A DNA stretch of 63,838 nucleotides, filler included, from Intoshia linei (lineage: Eukaryota > Animalia > Orthonectida): the NCBI GenBank assembly GCA_001642005.1. It is 6 parts of 6 records of this genome, joined end to end, with 100 filler letters (N's around TTAATTAATTAA, not from the genome) between each part and the next. Parts side by side here need not be neighbours in the genome. Positions count along the whole stretch, not along the records: positions 11,375 to 30,385 come from LWCA01000750.1; 5 more parts are not named here. The stretch is one strand, 5' to 3'. Of the stretch, positions 12,608-26,179 are shown in pieces. The notes beneath the pieces are model-generated. The model made no database searches. It worked only from the letters and a program-made list of their open reading frames with translations, and was not told the DNA's origin. Made by a program: the position numbers and the translations under genes. Every line of letters begins with the position of its first letter. Position 1 is the stretch's first letter.

Positions 12608-15500
12608 CACTAAATTATCATCACATGATAAAACGCCTTGAAGAGGTGAGTAAGTCGGATATACTGATTCTGGTAGTGTCATATGCTGTTCAAATTCTAC
12701 TACACCACCACATTCAACTTTTCCACCTGTAAAGACACATAATATAATAGAAGCACAATAATAAAGTAATATCGATTATAATGGGCAGTACAATGAAAGC
12801 AGCGATTGATTTTAGGATGTAGGGTAGATAGAGGGTATATATGTCTGAACGAGTCGAGATTTGCTGAAAGTTGCCCGTTCGTGTCTGAACCATAATTTAA
12901 AAATTATTTTCCAATACTATTTTGTGTATTCTATTATTTCAATATAGATTTAATAATAATGATAATTATAAATCAGTTTTTTTCATTTTATTTAGAGAAA
13001 AAATTCAACCTCAGAAAATTGCATCTACATTGGTTAAAAACATTTTAACATTTTATCAACCAAAATTATTTCATGTTAAATTAAAATTGAAAATAAATAA
13101 ATTTAAATATCGGTGGCAAAACAGAATCTACCGCACCGAGCCCTCTTGGGGTACCTTCACGAAATATTTGTAAAATTATTTATTTTTTCAAATTAAAATT
13201 TTTCATTTTTTATTTTGCATTTCATAAAATTTATTTTTCATTATTATCACTAGTTTTTTAGTCAAATTTAAATTGTCTAGTCCAGTCTCGTGGATAGGTG
13301 GCTAGGGGTAAACGATATTACGCATACAATTGAAGTTTTTGTGAAAAATGTTTATGGGCGTATTTTGATTTTTGGATCTTCCAATATGGTAGGTTTGAGT
13401 CTAGTTTCAATGTACATGAAAATGACAAATAAAACATTAAAGATAATTAAAATTACATCTTTTTTTTGCCAAAACTTGACGTTCTTTGTCTATAATTTTA
13501 TTGTTGCATTTAACTCGAATATTTCTCTGAACTTCCATTGATATATCATAAATAATATTGTTTTTATTTTCAAACTTACACATTATATTGAAAGGTTTAC
13601 CTAGAGTTATGATTGAATCTTCTATAGATGCCCATATTATTAAAGGTCCATTTAGACAACATGTTTTTTCATTAACGAATCCGTCTTTAACAAAACTTAT
13701 CTATATTTTATAATTTTTACAAGGTCTAAGAATTAGAGTCTAGCACATGGCTCTTAACCTTTTTCCACTTGGCACCCCTTAGTTCCATAAAATTCGATTT
13801 GGTAACCTAAAAAAATAAACTTAAATTCGAGAAAAGTTAACACTATAACCACGGTAATGAAAATTGCTAGCTGAAATGGGTAAACATTTGAATTAGAAAA
13901 ACCTTTGAACACAAAAACCCTGTGGTTTGTTCGATTTATCAATATGATTTATTTCAGTTAATCCATAAAAAAAGTTACATTAAACAGTTAAAAAAGACAA
14001 TTTTTATTATCAATGGGAAAATTTTTAAATTATCCAGTTACTTAATTTTTACAGAAGATCTGTAAAATAATGTGAGTTAAAAATTGTTTCGTATTTGAAT
14101 CTCAATGGTTGTTATTGTAAAAATAAGTTTGAAATTAAAAAATTAACATGGACCAGTTGCTAAAAGTGGTCCGCTTAATGTGTCGCTATTAGTGACTCGC
14201 TAGTGTATGTAAAAAACATAAATATTTAATATTTAAAATGTAAATTAATAAACATAATTTGACATTAATTTAACTTTATCTTCGAAACTTCATTCAAGTT
14301 TAAAAAACATTGCTGTAAATGTATTTTATTCAAAATTTTTCTGGCACCCTCAAAAACTGGTTTGACACAACTGGAGGTGCCGACACCCCATGTTAAGAAC
14401 CCATGGTCTAGCACATACAAAATATTTGTTACTACCTGTAACATTATTAATATTTTATTAATATTAATGTTCATATTATACTAAAATATGAACACTAAAA
14501 AATTCTGAACAACTGTGTTCAAATTGAAAGTTTTTGACTGTATATGTTATTTTAATATCAACACAAATCAATGGTTAGATTCATTTTGTAATTTTTACCT
14601 AGTGATTTTGGAAATACCGAGAAATTTAAAAAAATCAATAAATTAACGAATATACGAAAATAACATGTTTTAAAACGGATAAATTTCCATTAAGTCTGGT
14701 TTCTACGTTATCGTTATCGTTATTATGTACTACGTACAAACAGAACCTAGCTCTACCAAGGTACATTTTTATTATACTTAAAAAATAAATTCACTTTAAA
14801 AAAAATTTAACCAAAAAATGCTACTATTCACTATTATCAATCATTTAAAGGAGTCATTCCAAACTTGTTAAACGGTACCCGTATCAGCGTATATATTTTT
14901 TTAAATTATCCAACTTGTTTGATTTTGAAAAAAAAGGACAATTGGGGTTTTTGACCCGTAAGATGTGAGTTTTGTAGATTGAAATTTATCTTATTATACG
15001 TACCGGAAAAAACTGTAATTGAAATGTCAACTTAAAAATTCTAAGACGGGTAGTTATTTAAATAAAGTGAAACACACACACAAACAAAAATCGCGTAGCA
15101 TATTATATAAGTAAGGATTACTTCAAAAGTAGGATTAATTGAGCTAATTATTTGAATAGAACGCACACATCCAATGCTGCCATTCACCAATGCATGTAAA
15201 CTATAGCTGATTTTTGTTTTTCTTTTTGAATATGATGTTGTATAGCTATTTTCATTTAATTATCATACAACTATATTATAGACTTTAAAGTGACAAGTCA
15301 CTTTTGGAAAACCAATAATAACAATAACTCTAATAATAATAATAAAAAATATCATAAAATCACTTTTTAAAGTTGAATGAAAAAAATATAGTCTAAAACG
15401 ATTAGAAAAAGTAACAATTAATTGAAAATTCTTACTAATATAAAGTAATTGTTTATTTGTATCAGCAAAGCCAAATCTAAAAACTCGAAGCCACACAAAA
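12608..15500 (-). CDS. Possible multi-exon hypothetical gene
   Basis: Open AG/GT-bounded segments such as GKVECGGVVEFEQHMTLPESVYPTYSPLQGVLSCDDNLV (12608-12726) and ISFVKDGFVNEKTCCLNGPLIIWASIEDSIITL (13601-13700). Linkage into one gene is unproven. Confidence 0.3.
13746..14405. mobile_element. hAT (Buster/Charlie-type) MITE
   Basis: TIRs CATGGCTCTTAAC / GTTAAGAACCCATG with a perfect 8-bp TSD GTCTAGCA. Confidence 0.88.
14712..15117 (-). mobile_element. Non-autonomous Helitron, internally deleted short copy
   Basis: 5' TCCTTACTTATATAATATGCTACGCG plus (TG)n at 15117, joined near 14875 to the 3' module and its hairpin. Confidence 0.7.
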
Positions 15501-16131
15501 ATTAAAAATAGGCCCCTAAAAAATTAAATTTATTAATAAAAAAAATTAAACGATGCGTAGTGGCATATAACCATTAGTAACCTTCCAATAGTCTTAACTT
15601 GAAATTTTAAATTTAGCACACAAATAGATACATAGAGTTATGATATTATAGAATCACGTGTATAGATTGTTTACACCAAAAACACAAATTACTTTTTTTT
15701 TAAAAATGAAAAATATCCTAGAATTTTATAAAACATAAATTGTGAGATAGTTTATAAAATCACAAACATTATCATAAATCCAAACCCAAAAAAGTAAATT
15801 TTTACGATACAAATCCAATATTACCTTTTTTTAAAAACTAAAAATGGTCATAGAATTTTAAAAAAAATTACAGCTGATACAGTTATATCCAATGAACACA
15901 CACAAAAAATTTTAATCTGACAAAGTGACGCCGTCATGGTTAAAAAAGCACTTTAGTTTATTTTTTTTTTTTATTTACAAAACCATATTATTAACTCCAA
16001 AAATATATAATTATAATTAATAAACAGTGGACAACACATTTGATGCAACCATTAAATAAATCAATTGAATAAATAATTACTCTGTATTAGGAGTTAGTGG
16101 TATAGAAAAAGGAATATAATTTTCACCCGGT

Positions 16132-16707
16132 TTAATAGTATCGTTGCCTATAAAAATTATTAAATGTATCAAAATTTACAAAACAATATATGATACCTAT
16201 ATATATATTAAAGTGTTTATTCATAAATGTATTTTCAATGGTTTGCATTCTTTTTATATTATTTTCTTTATGATCTGGGATGATATTATTTCTTACGTCA
16301 ATCATACATTTTGTTTCGTTTTCACAAATTATATGATTGCATTTCAGTTTTTTACTATAACCTAGACTTTCCCAATAACATTTTTCTTGAAATTTACAAA
16401 TACTATGAGTGCAAATTTTGTGGGAATGCTTCGTTATATTATTTGTTTCTCCATTGATGTATGTTTCTTGAACCATTATTTGACCAATAACTTTTCCAAT
16501 TAAAACTATTACAATTCTGTTTAATTTTTCAATTTTTCTACTTGTTATTACGACATTTCCATCTATACATTCCCTCATTTTGTATGTACGTTTTTCATTT
16601 TTAAATACTAATGCAACATCTCTGGAATTGAAGAAGTTTTTCGATGACATTTTACACTTTATTTCTGTAAACAAGTGTTTTTCAATCTTGGAATATGTCA
16701 AAATCAA
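16132..16707 (-). CDS. Intronless orphan ORF with two C-x-H-x2-C-x5-C motifs
   Basis: 191-codon ORF, long for this AT content; CTHSICKFQEKC and CNHIICENETKC. Likely ATG start at MSSKNF. Confidence 0.45.
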   Translation of the reverse strand: MILTYSKIEKHLFTEIKCKMSSKNFFNSRDVALVFKNEKRTYKMRECIDGNVVITSRKIEKLNRIVIVLIGKVIGQIMVQETYINGETNNITKHSHKICTHSICKFQEKCYWESLGYSKKLKCNHIICENETKCMIDVRNNIIPDHKENNIKRMQTIENTFMNKHFNIYIGIIYCFVNFDTFNNFYRQRYY

Positions 16708-17011
16708 CAGTTACAATGTAGATTTAATAAAACTAAATCGATAATGGTAAAAAACGCAATTATAAATTATTAGGTGATTAATAATGATCGATCACTGATT
16801 ATCGATATGTCGGTGGATAATATCCACTAGACGTATTCCTGTGAAATGTAATATATTGAATGAGCAGTCTTCAACCGTATGACTGTTGAAGGCACTATTT
16901 TTTTAAGATTAATATTTTTGAACCTGATATTTAATTTCAAATTGTAATTATATATCTATCTAGTTATAGTCTAATTTTATTTAATATAATAAATGAAATA
17001 TTAAATTTAAT

Positions 17012-17550
17012 ATGCAAAAAAAATACTTAACAATTGAAGAAGTTTCACAAGATTTGGATAAAACCGCAAGCATATCTCTTTTGCCACCAGATAATAATGG
17101 TCAATTAACACATGTTGAAGAAATGGATGAACATAATTTGGCCAAAAGGATGGACATTTTTATTGATGATGTAGCTGAAGAATTAGAAGTTTCCTGTTTA
17201 TTATCAGATGATGAGCCATTATCTCTAAATAAAATTCAAAAGATCTGATTCGAAAAACGAAGATATAAAAAATGAATTTATTAATAAATATAATATATTA
17301 TATAATATTATATAATATAATTGAACCAAATATATTTTCCAAAGAACCATTTGATATTTTTGCAATGTATTTTACTATACCATACATGGATATTTTGTCT
17401 AATATGTCCAATATGTATGCTTTAAATATAAAAGTGAATCTGAACACAAACTCTGTAAAATTATATAAATATATGGGTATTCTTATAATCAGTGGATATT
17501 ATAGATTACCCACGGAGAATTCGTATCGGTTTTCATCTCTTGGTTAAGTA
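17012..17550 (+). pseudogene. piggyBac (PGBD2/3-like) transposase fragment
   Basis: ISLLPPDNNGQLTHVEEMDE acidic N-terminus and EPFDIFAMYFT...SNMYA...YMGILIISGYYRLP..SY block; broken reading frames. Confidence 0.75.
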
Positions 17551-18954
17551 TAAAAAGTAAGAAGTTAATCATAATTAGTACAGAAAACGTAATTATTTTT
17601 AAAAATTTCAATAATGCTGGTAAAGTAATCATTATGATATTTATGTAAATCCATTTTTTAAAAAATATCACTTTCAAGTAAACAATTTCAAGGGCCGAAC
17701 AATTTGATCTGGCGGGCTATGCTATGTACCACCCTGTCATAATGTATGAATGTATGAATGTATCATAATGTAGTGTATGTATGTATGTCATAGTGGCAAT
17801 TCATGAGGGACAGTCCACATAACAAAAAGCCTCAAGTCACATGATCAATTGTTCATGTAATGACATGTAATGTTATGCGACATCTATATTTTTTTAATAA
17901 ATTAAAACCTTTTTCAGTTATTTTACACAACATTAATTATAATTTTTTTTAAAAAATTTAGGGGTGCAAATCCATCTTCTGCACTCCTTGAATGACCCTG
18001 TACGGTGATCCCGGTCTAGACATCGAGAAATTTTAAGAATACTTTTTTTTTTTGCTAATAATCCGGAAAATTCATTTTTTTCGTCCACGCTTAGGCCGCT
18101 TTTTAATCTCATTTACGATTTGCTTAATAAATTAGTACACTTTCAATTTAAAAAAACCGCAATATGTAAATATAAAGTTTTTTGGTAACTTAAATACAAT
18201 TTATAATGACAATTATAAATTGTACCAATTAAAAGTGACTTCATCACAAAAAAAAATATTAGTTTTGAACATAGTAACGATAAAGCAACTTAAGAGTAAC
18301 TATCGTTAAACTCACTTTACTCTAGAATGAATATATTATGTTAATTCATTTTCTACATGAAATATAATGTTTGATATATAAGTTTTTAGTTTCTAGTTTT
18401 TAGTAGTACACTATTTTAAGTTACTGCTAGTACTTGATATCATTATCTCGTTACCAAATGTATTTATAACTTCATTTTTATGAGTTATACACCCGATTAC
18501 GCTACTAACATTTTTAAAGTCTAATACACAACTTTTAATGATTTTGATTTAGATTCTGTAAATATAGATATAAAGTTATTTTGAAATAAACATAACTTCA
18601 AAATTTTATACATATTTTACTCGTAAATGAGTGAAACTATCCTCCAAAATTTAACAGAGTATATATTGTTGAAATGACCGACTTTTGTATGTTCTGATCG
18701 GTAGTATATTATTTTTGACACATCCCGTTTATAGAATATTATACATTGTATCTCATTGTTAATTTTTATTTTATAAATCCTCAGTATATTTTCTCCACAC
18801 TACAAGTTTATTGCATTTTTACTCATTATCCACTCTAAATGAGCTACCGGTTGGTCATCCAGGATGATATTATTTTATTATTAATTACTGTTAAATTTAA
18901 CTTTAAATTTTAAAAATTATATTTAATCTAAACGTAAAGTTATACATGTATTTA

Positions 18955-19800
18955 GCTTATTAAAATATTATAAATTTGATGAATGGAAAAATACTAAAAG
19001 TCAAGCAAGCATAAAAAAGTACATTTCAAATATTTTGATTGTTTTATTAGATACACTGAGGCTTATTAATAATAGAAATAACTCTTTCAAATAGTTATTA
19101 TAAATTTTTATCGTTTTTTAGATATAAAACAACCAAAGAGATCGTTGCGACTAACGAATTTTATGAAAAAAATAAAAATTTTGTGGCGTATCGGTAATTT
19201 TATCTTTCAAAAAATAATATAATAAAAATTGTTGATTCTAGGATAATAAGTTATAAAATTCAATGCACATTTTTTTTGAAATTGTTAATATTTTCATTTT
19301 TTTATCTGTGGAAATTATAAATAAAATTATTTGAATGCTCAAAAAAGTTTTAGAAGCACTGATCTAATTATTACAATGAATAATTTTAGAAAATACATAA
19401 AATTTGGAACCAATGAAATTTACCGTTTACTTCAATTTGACAAAATTCTCGTGGTTTTAATTGATGATATGACTCCTAAAGTGTTAATAAAACATTTAAT
19501 CCAAAAATGTATATTGAAAAATGTAAAATATATTCTCATCAATAATTTGACCGTTTCTTGTAAAAAAATGATAAAATTTCGAGTTCTTGCAATTGGAATT
19601 AAGGTACATCAACAATTGTTCAATTTATAAAATGTAAAGTTGATATATTAAAAATAGATGGTTACTTAGGGGGTAGCCGTAATGATAAAATTGTACAAAA
19701 TAGGAATTATTGTTTTAATATAAAGGGCAATGTCCAACTCAAACATTCTTGAAGAGAACGTGATTAATTTAAAATTGTTAGGATTGAAATTTAAAAAAGT
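18955..19800 (+). CDS. RPP38: L7Ae-family protein, RNase P/MRP subunit p38-like (boundaries approximate)
   Basis: RKYIKFGTNEIYRLL..KILVVLI..MTPKVLIKHLIQ....NV....RVLAIGIK aligns by eye with RPP38 GVNEVTRALE...HLIQL...VLALAFK. Confidence 0.6.
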
Positions 19801-21824
19801 GAATCACCACATTTACCTAGGAGGGCAAAAATTGAACCACTAAAATATATAATTTTGAATAATTATGTTTTTTATTCTTCACATATTTGTCTTTTCTATT
19901 TTAATGTTGGCATAACAATGTAAAAAATCTGTCGACTTATGATTTATATAGTTAGCTATAACGTTGTATTTTAGATTGATATACCTCAAGAAATTATGTT
20001 TACAGTGTTGAATAATTTTGTACAAACATGTCAGAATTTTAATATGGAAATTAAAGAAAATTGTCAAAATATGTTTAAAAATATTAAGAAATTTAAAAAA
20101 AAATTGTAAATCTTTTATATATATTAAATTGAATGTGTTTGTGTTTTTTACTCGTTGCGACAAATGTTAAATTTCCATAATAAAATTTTGTATGAAAAAA
20201 AGATGCTTATTTGCAATATATCCACTACAGCATGCGGCATTTATTATGTGAAAAAATGATGTCAATAAACTAAGGTAAAAGTAAAGTAAAGAATTAAGAG
20301 TAATTTTTTTAAATAGTTTTAAAAATGTTCGAAAATACTGTTATGAATTGAAAAATTAGTAATTTTATTAACATTTAGACATTAATTATTATTTGTAAAT
20401 AAGGTTTATAAATAAAAATTAATCAAGAAAATAATAGGTTTGACTATATGAAATTGAAATGTTAAGATTGCTGCAATTCCAATTTTTAAATGATGAACAT
20501 CAATTAGAATGCTTCCATTTTCTTCGTATTGGACGGCGTCATGTCACTAATTCCATGAGCCGTTTTAAGGCATTGGCAATATGGGCTGTAGCCCAGGGCC
20601 ACTCATTAAAAAAGGCCCCCAAATTAATGAGTACTTTACATTTATACCTTAAAAAGATGCACCCAATTTCAATATTAACCTCATTTGAATGCGCTCTACT
20701 TAATGTCAATGGAGAATGATATCAGTTTTGATAATATTATCTGATTTCTTTCAGAAAAAGTGAGAAACCAACACTTATGAAGAATTGTCAAGAATTTTTT
20801 GTGACTGCGTAATGCATATATTCAAATGAAAAAGTAAACTTTGTTCATTATAAAGTAAGTTTTTGTAAAAGAAATAAAAGTTACTAGAAACCTATATAAT
20901 ATCTTTTAATGCTTTTATTAATACTCAATGAAATAAGACTCTAAGTCTTTAACCAACCGTATGCCCTGTTTTCTAAAAAGGGGCCCTAAAATTTTTTATC
21001 ACTTCGCTCCACATGGTTTTTTGCTTTGCTCAAATCTTTAAATTAGTGAATTGTCATGGTTTACAGAGTATTATGTTAATCACCGTTTATGACTAAACAT
21101 CTTACTTTTTTAATTTTTATTCTACCAAAAAAATAAATTCACATTGAAAATCTAACTTAAAAATTATATTTTTCACCATTATCAATCCTTTAAAGGAGTG
21201 GTTCCCAAACTTGTTTCAGGTGGAACCGTCATATCACATTACTTTTTACTTTAAAGTAAATTATTATTAATTATTAAAGTAATATTATAAAATATTATTA
21301 AATTAATCAAAATATATCTAGCCACATGAAACTAATCAAAGTCCCGCTATTCCAGGGCTATGGGCAAACAAATAATAATGACAATTTACTTATTATATCT
21401 GAAATTAACTTTATTTTATTTTTTTGAAGATTGTTGATATATAAATACCAAATGCGCGAGGGGTATTCTTAACGAAATTAAAAATATATTCTATCATTTT
21501 GTTCAGCATAGCAAAAAACCCAGATACTGAAATATACTTTTTTTTTAATTGAGAAAAGTAGTAAAAGTTAACACCCTAATGTACAGGTAATCTACAAAAA
21601 CGGCACAACTTAAATAATTATAATTACTGTAGCGTGACACTAACTTCACTTTTAGTAATGAATTACTATATTATTAATCAAATCATTTTATCTCATGCAT
21701 TTTGAAATCAATAACAGAAACTTTAAAATATATTTTTCTGTACATCAAAATCTTTATTAATTGATATATACTTAAATTAATAAACTCACATTACAAATAT
21801 ATTTTGACTCGAATTACTGTAATA

Positions 21825-22860
21825 ATGGATACGAAAAGCAATACAATTTGTAGTAAAATCTCAATACCAATTATGGATGCAGATTTTACTACATGGATAA
21901 AAATTGTTGAATTATGGGCTAAAATGACAGAATTAAGCGAAACAGAAAAAGTGATGTTGATTCTTTTTCATTAAATTCAGAATTTGGAAAAGTAATTCTA
22001 GATGACATAATTCCCACAACAGTGGAGGAACTATTGAAAATTCTTTCTTAATTTCAAGGTATTACTGATAAATCAATAGTTGAAGCTGTTAATGAATTAT
22101 TTAAATTGTCATATACACCTCCAGCCAGACGTTTCATCCGAAAAGTGAAACTTCTAGTAAGAGTTGCATTCAAAGAACAAACTAACATTGATGACCTTAT
22201 TATACAATTTGTACTTGAAGCGCTAAAAATCGAAAATTTATCTATTTTTACAAGTATTGTACATTTGTCCACGTCAATTGATAAGCTAGCTGATTTACTT
22301 AATATTAAAACTCCAATTGTGAAAAATGTCAAAATACCAAACTTGGCATCAAAGTACCAAATACCTCAACGTTACAATGTAAATGCTAAGTCCAACTACT
22401 ATTCAAACAATAATAATTATAAACTGTGTATAACAAATGTAAAATTATGGAAGGCAATACTCAAATATGTGTAAATTATTTATACGGAGATTGTGATAAC
22501 AAATATAATAAAGAGCACATAGATCCAACTTGTAATAAATGTGGTGCAAAAGGCCATAACGAAAAATTTTGTAATTCAAATAATAATGAATATTCTTTAT
22601 TTTATACAAAAGCAACGATTAATGGAAAACTCATGTCATGTTTAATCGATACTGGCTCAGTCGCATCCTTTTTACCTAATAATTTTATGCCTAACAAACC
22701 AACGTCATCGAAATACTTTTCAGTCACAGGATCAAAACTATAAACTAATGGTGAATGTTGTGCAGAAATTGAAATTAATTCGTTCAAAAGAAAATTCCAA
22801 CATTCTTTTGTAGTCCCAGGTCACGTTAGTAATCCCATATTAGGATTTGATTTTTTACAG
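21825..22860 (+). mobile_element. Retroelement gag-protease pseudogene
   Basis: Frameshifted gag (FTTWIKIVELW), zinc knuckle CNKCGAKGHNEKFC, aspartic protease CLIDTGSVASFL and closing PILGFDFL; no RT seen. Confidence 0.8.
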
Positions 22861-23102
22861 TATAAGTATTTTTCAGAATTAGTCATCGGATTGTCTTTTT
22901 TTTTTAAATTACATCTAATCTACTGGGTATGTTTTTGAATTTCTTAAAAAAAATATTTGATGTGACACCCTAATGTACATGTCTTATACATTTCAAAGAA
23001 AAGTTCAAAATAGAATAGTTATTTAAAAATGATTTTAAAAAAGGTAAAATGTTTAATCGTTTAAACTTTAAAGTATCCATTTTAGTACCTTCTATAAGGT
23101 AC

Positions 23103-24073
23103 TTAATGAGCTAAAACAGTGTAGTAAACTATAACGAAAATTATAGTTATAACACCTATAACAATTCCGGCAATCGATAATTTTAATGACAATTTTGCTT
23201 TACGTTTTGATTCTATTATATTATTTCTATCGGCGTCACCATTTGACAAAATCGAATATATGACTGCAATAACTCCTATAAATATAAATAAAACATTAAC
23301 AATGTAAGACAAACAAAATTTATTATCAAGTACATTTAGTAACTTATCTCATAAATAATTTTTGACAATTTTAAATTGAGTCGGTAAATAAATGATAAAA
23401 TTTAGTTGCAGTCACGAAGTAACACTAAGAGTTGCTTTCTAAATTTGAATATTTATTGGCTTTTGAACCAAACTGTCATATTCGAGCTCCAAAATAATAA
23501 ATAGACCTCTAAAAGTTTTAGAAAATTATATGTAATGAAATATATCCCTAGCCGTCTACACGATTAAGGAGGTGTCTGGACTTGTAGTTTAAATTAGTTT
23601 AGTTAGTTAATTAGTTTAAAAACTTTTTAGTGGGTCTGTTTAGTTTTTTTAAATATATTTTTAAAATTTAACTCCACTTAAATGTTATATAAAATGCATT
23701 TGTACTGAAAATAAAAAGATACTACCAGTCAAAAAAATGTAATGTCTATTATTTATTTAAAATTTGTCAATATAACCTTGAATCCATGTAAGGTGTTAAC
23801 TACAATTAAAATTAATTTGAATCAAACATTTGAATGTCAAATAAAAAATTATTTATCATAACTTAAAGTAATGATGTCAAAGTTAAACTTTGGTTTTATT
23901 AAAATACTATTATAGAATATTATACCAAAAAGTGCATTGCAGCACATAGCTACAATAATTGCCAAAACTAGGTAGTTCTCGGGTCTGGATTGATTCATAA
24001 CAATTGTGGTTGCAGGTACAGGCTCTGCAACGTAACTAGGTGTTTCTTGGTCATAATCGCTATTTTGTTTCAT
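23103..24073 (-). CDS. CD225/dispanin (PRRT1/TMEM233-like) membrane protein, two exons (~23925-24073 and 23103-~23276)
   Basis: RPENYLVLAIIVAMCCNALFG|VIAVIYS.....D...ESKRKAKLSLKLSIAGIVIG fits the CD225 signature. Confidence 0.85.
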
Positions 24074-24302
24074 TTTAGTTTACTATAAATGAATACGATG
24101 TAAATGTAATATATTAAATAATGATATAGTATATCCAATTTGCTTTAAAAAAAAGTAAACACTATATTTAAGTTTTTAGGCAGGTGCATGTATGTTTATT
24201 ATACAGATTAAACATTTCGTTTTTATCAAATTGATAGAAGTAAATTTAGTGAAATTATTTCATCCTGAATCACGATTAATGAGTCATGCATCATTTCAAT
24301 TA

Positions 24303-25320
24303 CACAGTACAACATTTTTCTAACATATATCGTTATATTTATAAAAATTAGTATTTTTGAACAGATTTCTACTTATGAGTGATATATACATCCAAGAGTC
24401 TACTTTTTATTCTACCTTTAGCAATGTTAAGGTTAGGTGGAGAATTTTTTTTATACGATATTAAAAATAATGTAAAATTAAAATGTAATGGATTTATGAC
24501 AACAATCTAGAATTTACCAACCAAATATAGTCAATGATCATCGAATTGATTGATTTGCCTTTGAATCGGGTTTCAAATGTTTTCAAAGTTTGATGAAAGC
24601 GTTTACCATGCTCATCTGATATAAGAAGAGAAGCTGGTAATTGATCATAATGGCATTGCAACAGGTGCACTTTAAAACTCATCAAACAACCTATTTTACA
24701 ATATATATATAATACGAATTTAGCAAACATTCTAGGTATCTTAAAATTTTAGATTTTTATATGAAATTAATAACCTAGTACAAAATTAACAACATACTTA
24801 AATGACCTCTATGCGTTTAATTCATCAGGACATAGACTGTTTTCAAATGTTTTAGACATAAAAAGTTTTTGATTTCTGGTCCATTTAATACTCCTCCCAA
24901 CAATTTTATTTTCGATTAATGTGGCAGAGCACTTGTTAAAATAATACGTGGTTGAGAAGGGTCGAGAGATTTCTTTCTTAAATATTTTAAAACTGTGAGC
25001 ATAATCCGATTTTTAAGTGTAATGGACGTAACTATATCCTATCAAATTTAATCAGAGCAACGTTCATAACATTACATTGGTTGACTATATGTACATTACA
25101 TGTAGTCCACTCACATTTTTGATAATGATTAACTCGATCGGTCGCATTGAAATTACACCAATAACGGGTACTTAGTGTTACCCAATTGCATTCCTGTTAA
25201 AATCGTAATGATTTTTAGATCTGCCATTATTATCCAGTTGTATGAATGATATTGAATTCGTAAAAAAATTTTTTTCATGTTATCATGACTCCTTCAATTT
25301 TCGTGAATATGCCAACCAGG
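24303..25320 (-). mobile_element. Chapaev3-like (CMC) DNA transposon relic
   Basis: Motifs MQLGNTKYP, PLHLKIGL, GVLNGPEIK and MSFKVHLL.CH.D.....SDEHGKRFHQ...E.RF.G.....DYIW; CACAGTACAACA terminus at 24303. Confidence 0.65.
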
Positions 25321-25739
25321 GATTGGAAATAATTGATTGCAATCAATTATTTTGTATAAACCAATTAATTGTTTGCTAAATATTAATTTTTAATTAATTG
25401 GTTTTTTTATATAAATGCAAAAAATATAAATTGAATCCTTTTATTGACGAATGATTGGATGAAAAATGAATTAAATTTTTTTATATAGTTCAAAAATTAC
25501 AATATTAATGTGTCAAGTTGACACTGTCAACACTCGTTGTAGCGTATCACAGTCCCACCATGCTTTATTTATTTCCAGAAACAATTTTATTTCCAAATTT
25601 GAAGAAAGAAATAATATGAAAATATGTTCTAAATTCTATTTTCTTTATAGATTAATTTCTTTATTTTATGCAATTTTAGAAAAATAGAAAAGCGTTTGTC
25701 ACCAGAAAAATGATTTATTTAACCTACTATACCATTTAC

Positions 25740-26179
25740 AATTATTTATACACAATTGATATTTTTAAGTATTGATTAAATTGATACTAAATATATGTCA
25801 TCACATTGAAAATGACAAAATATGTTTTTATAATTTTATTTTTTATTGGAATTTATGCTATTTATGACAATTTTTAGGATTGGACTATTTTTACTTTATT
25901 TTAATATTATACACACATTTTGTCTAATAAAATTGGACTGTTTTTACTTTATTTTTAATATTATACACACATTCTGTCTAATAAAATTAAAATTAAAAAT
26001 GGGATAACAATTGTTTTTAAATTCTTTACGCAAATGTTAACAAAAAAAAAGATTGAAATAGTTAATAGTAGAATTTTTAAGTTAGATTATCAACGTGAAT
26101 TTATTTTTTTGGTATAATAAAAGACTGCCCTCGGCAGAGCTAGGTGCTGTTTGTACATAGTACAAAACTGCCAAGCTAG
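25740..26179 (+). mobile_element. Helitron 3' portion with an internal ~54-bp tandem duplication
   Basis: Shares internal blocks with 50715-50997 and 52880-53099; ends in hairpin + CTAG|T. Confidence 0.7.
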
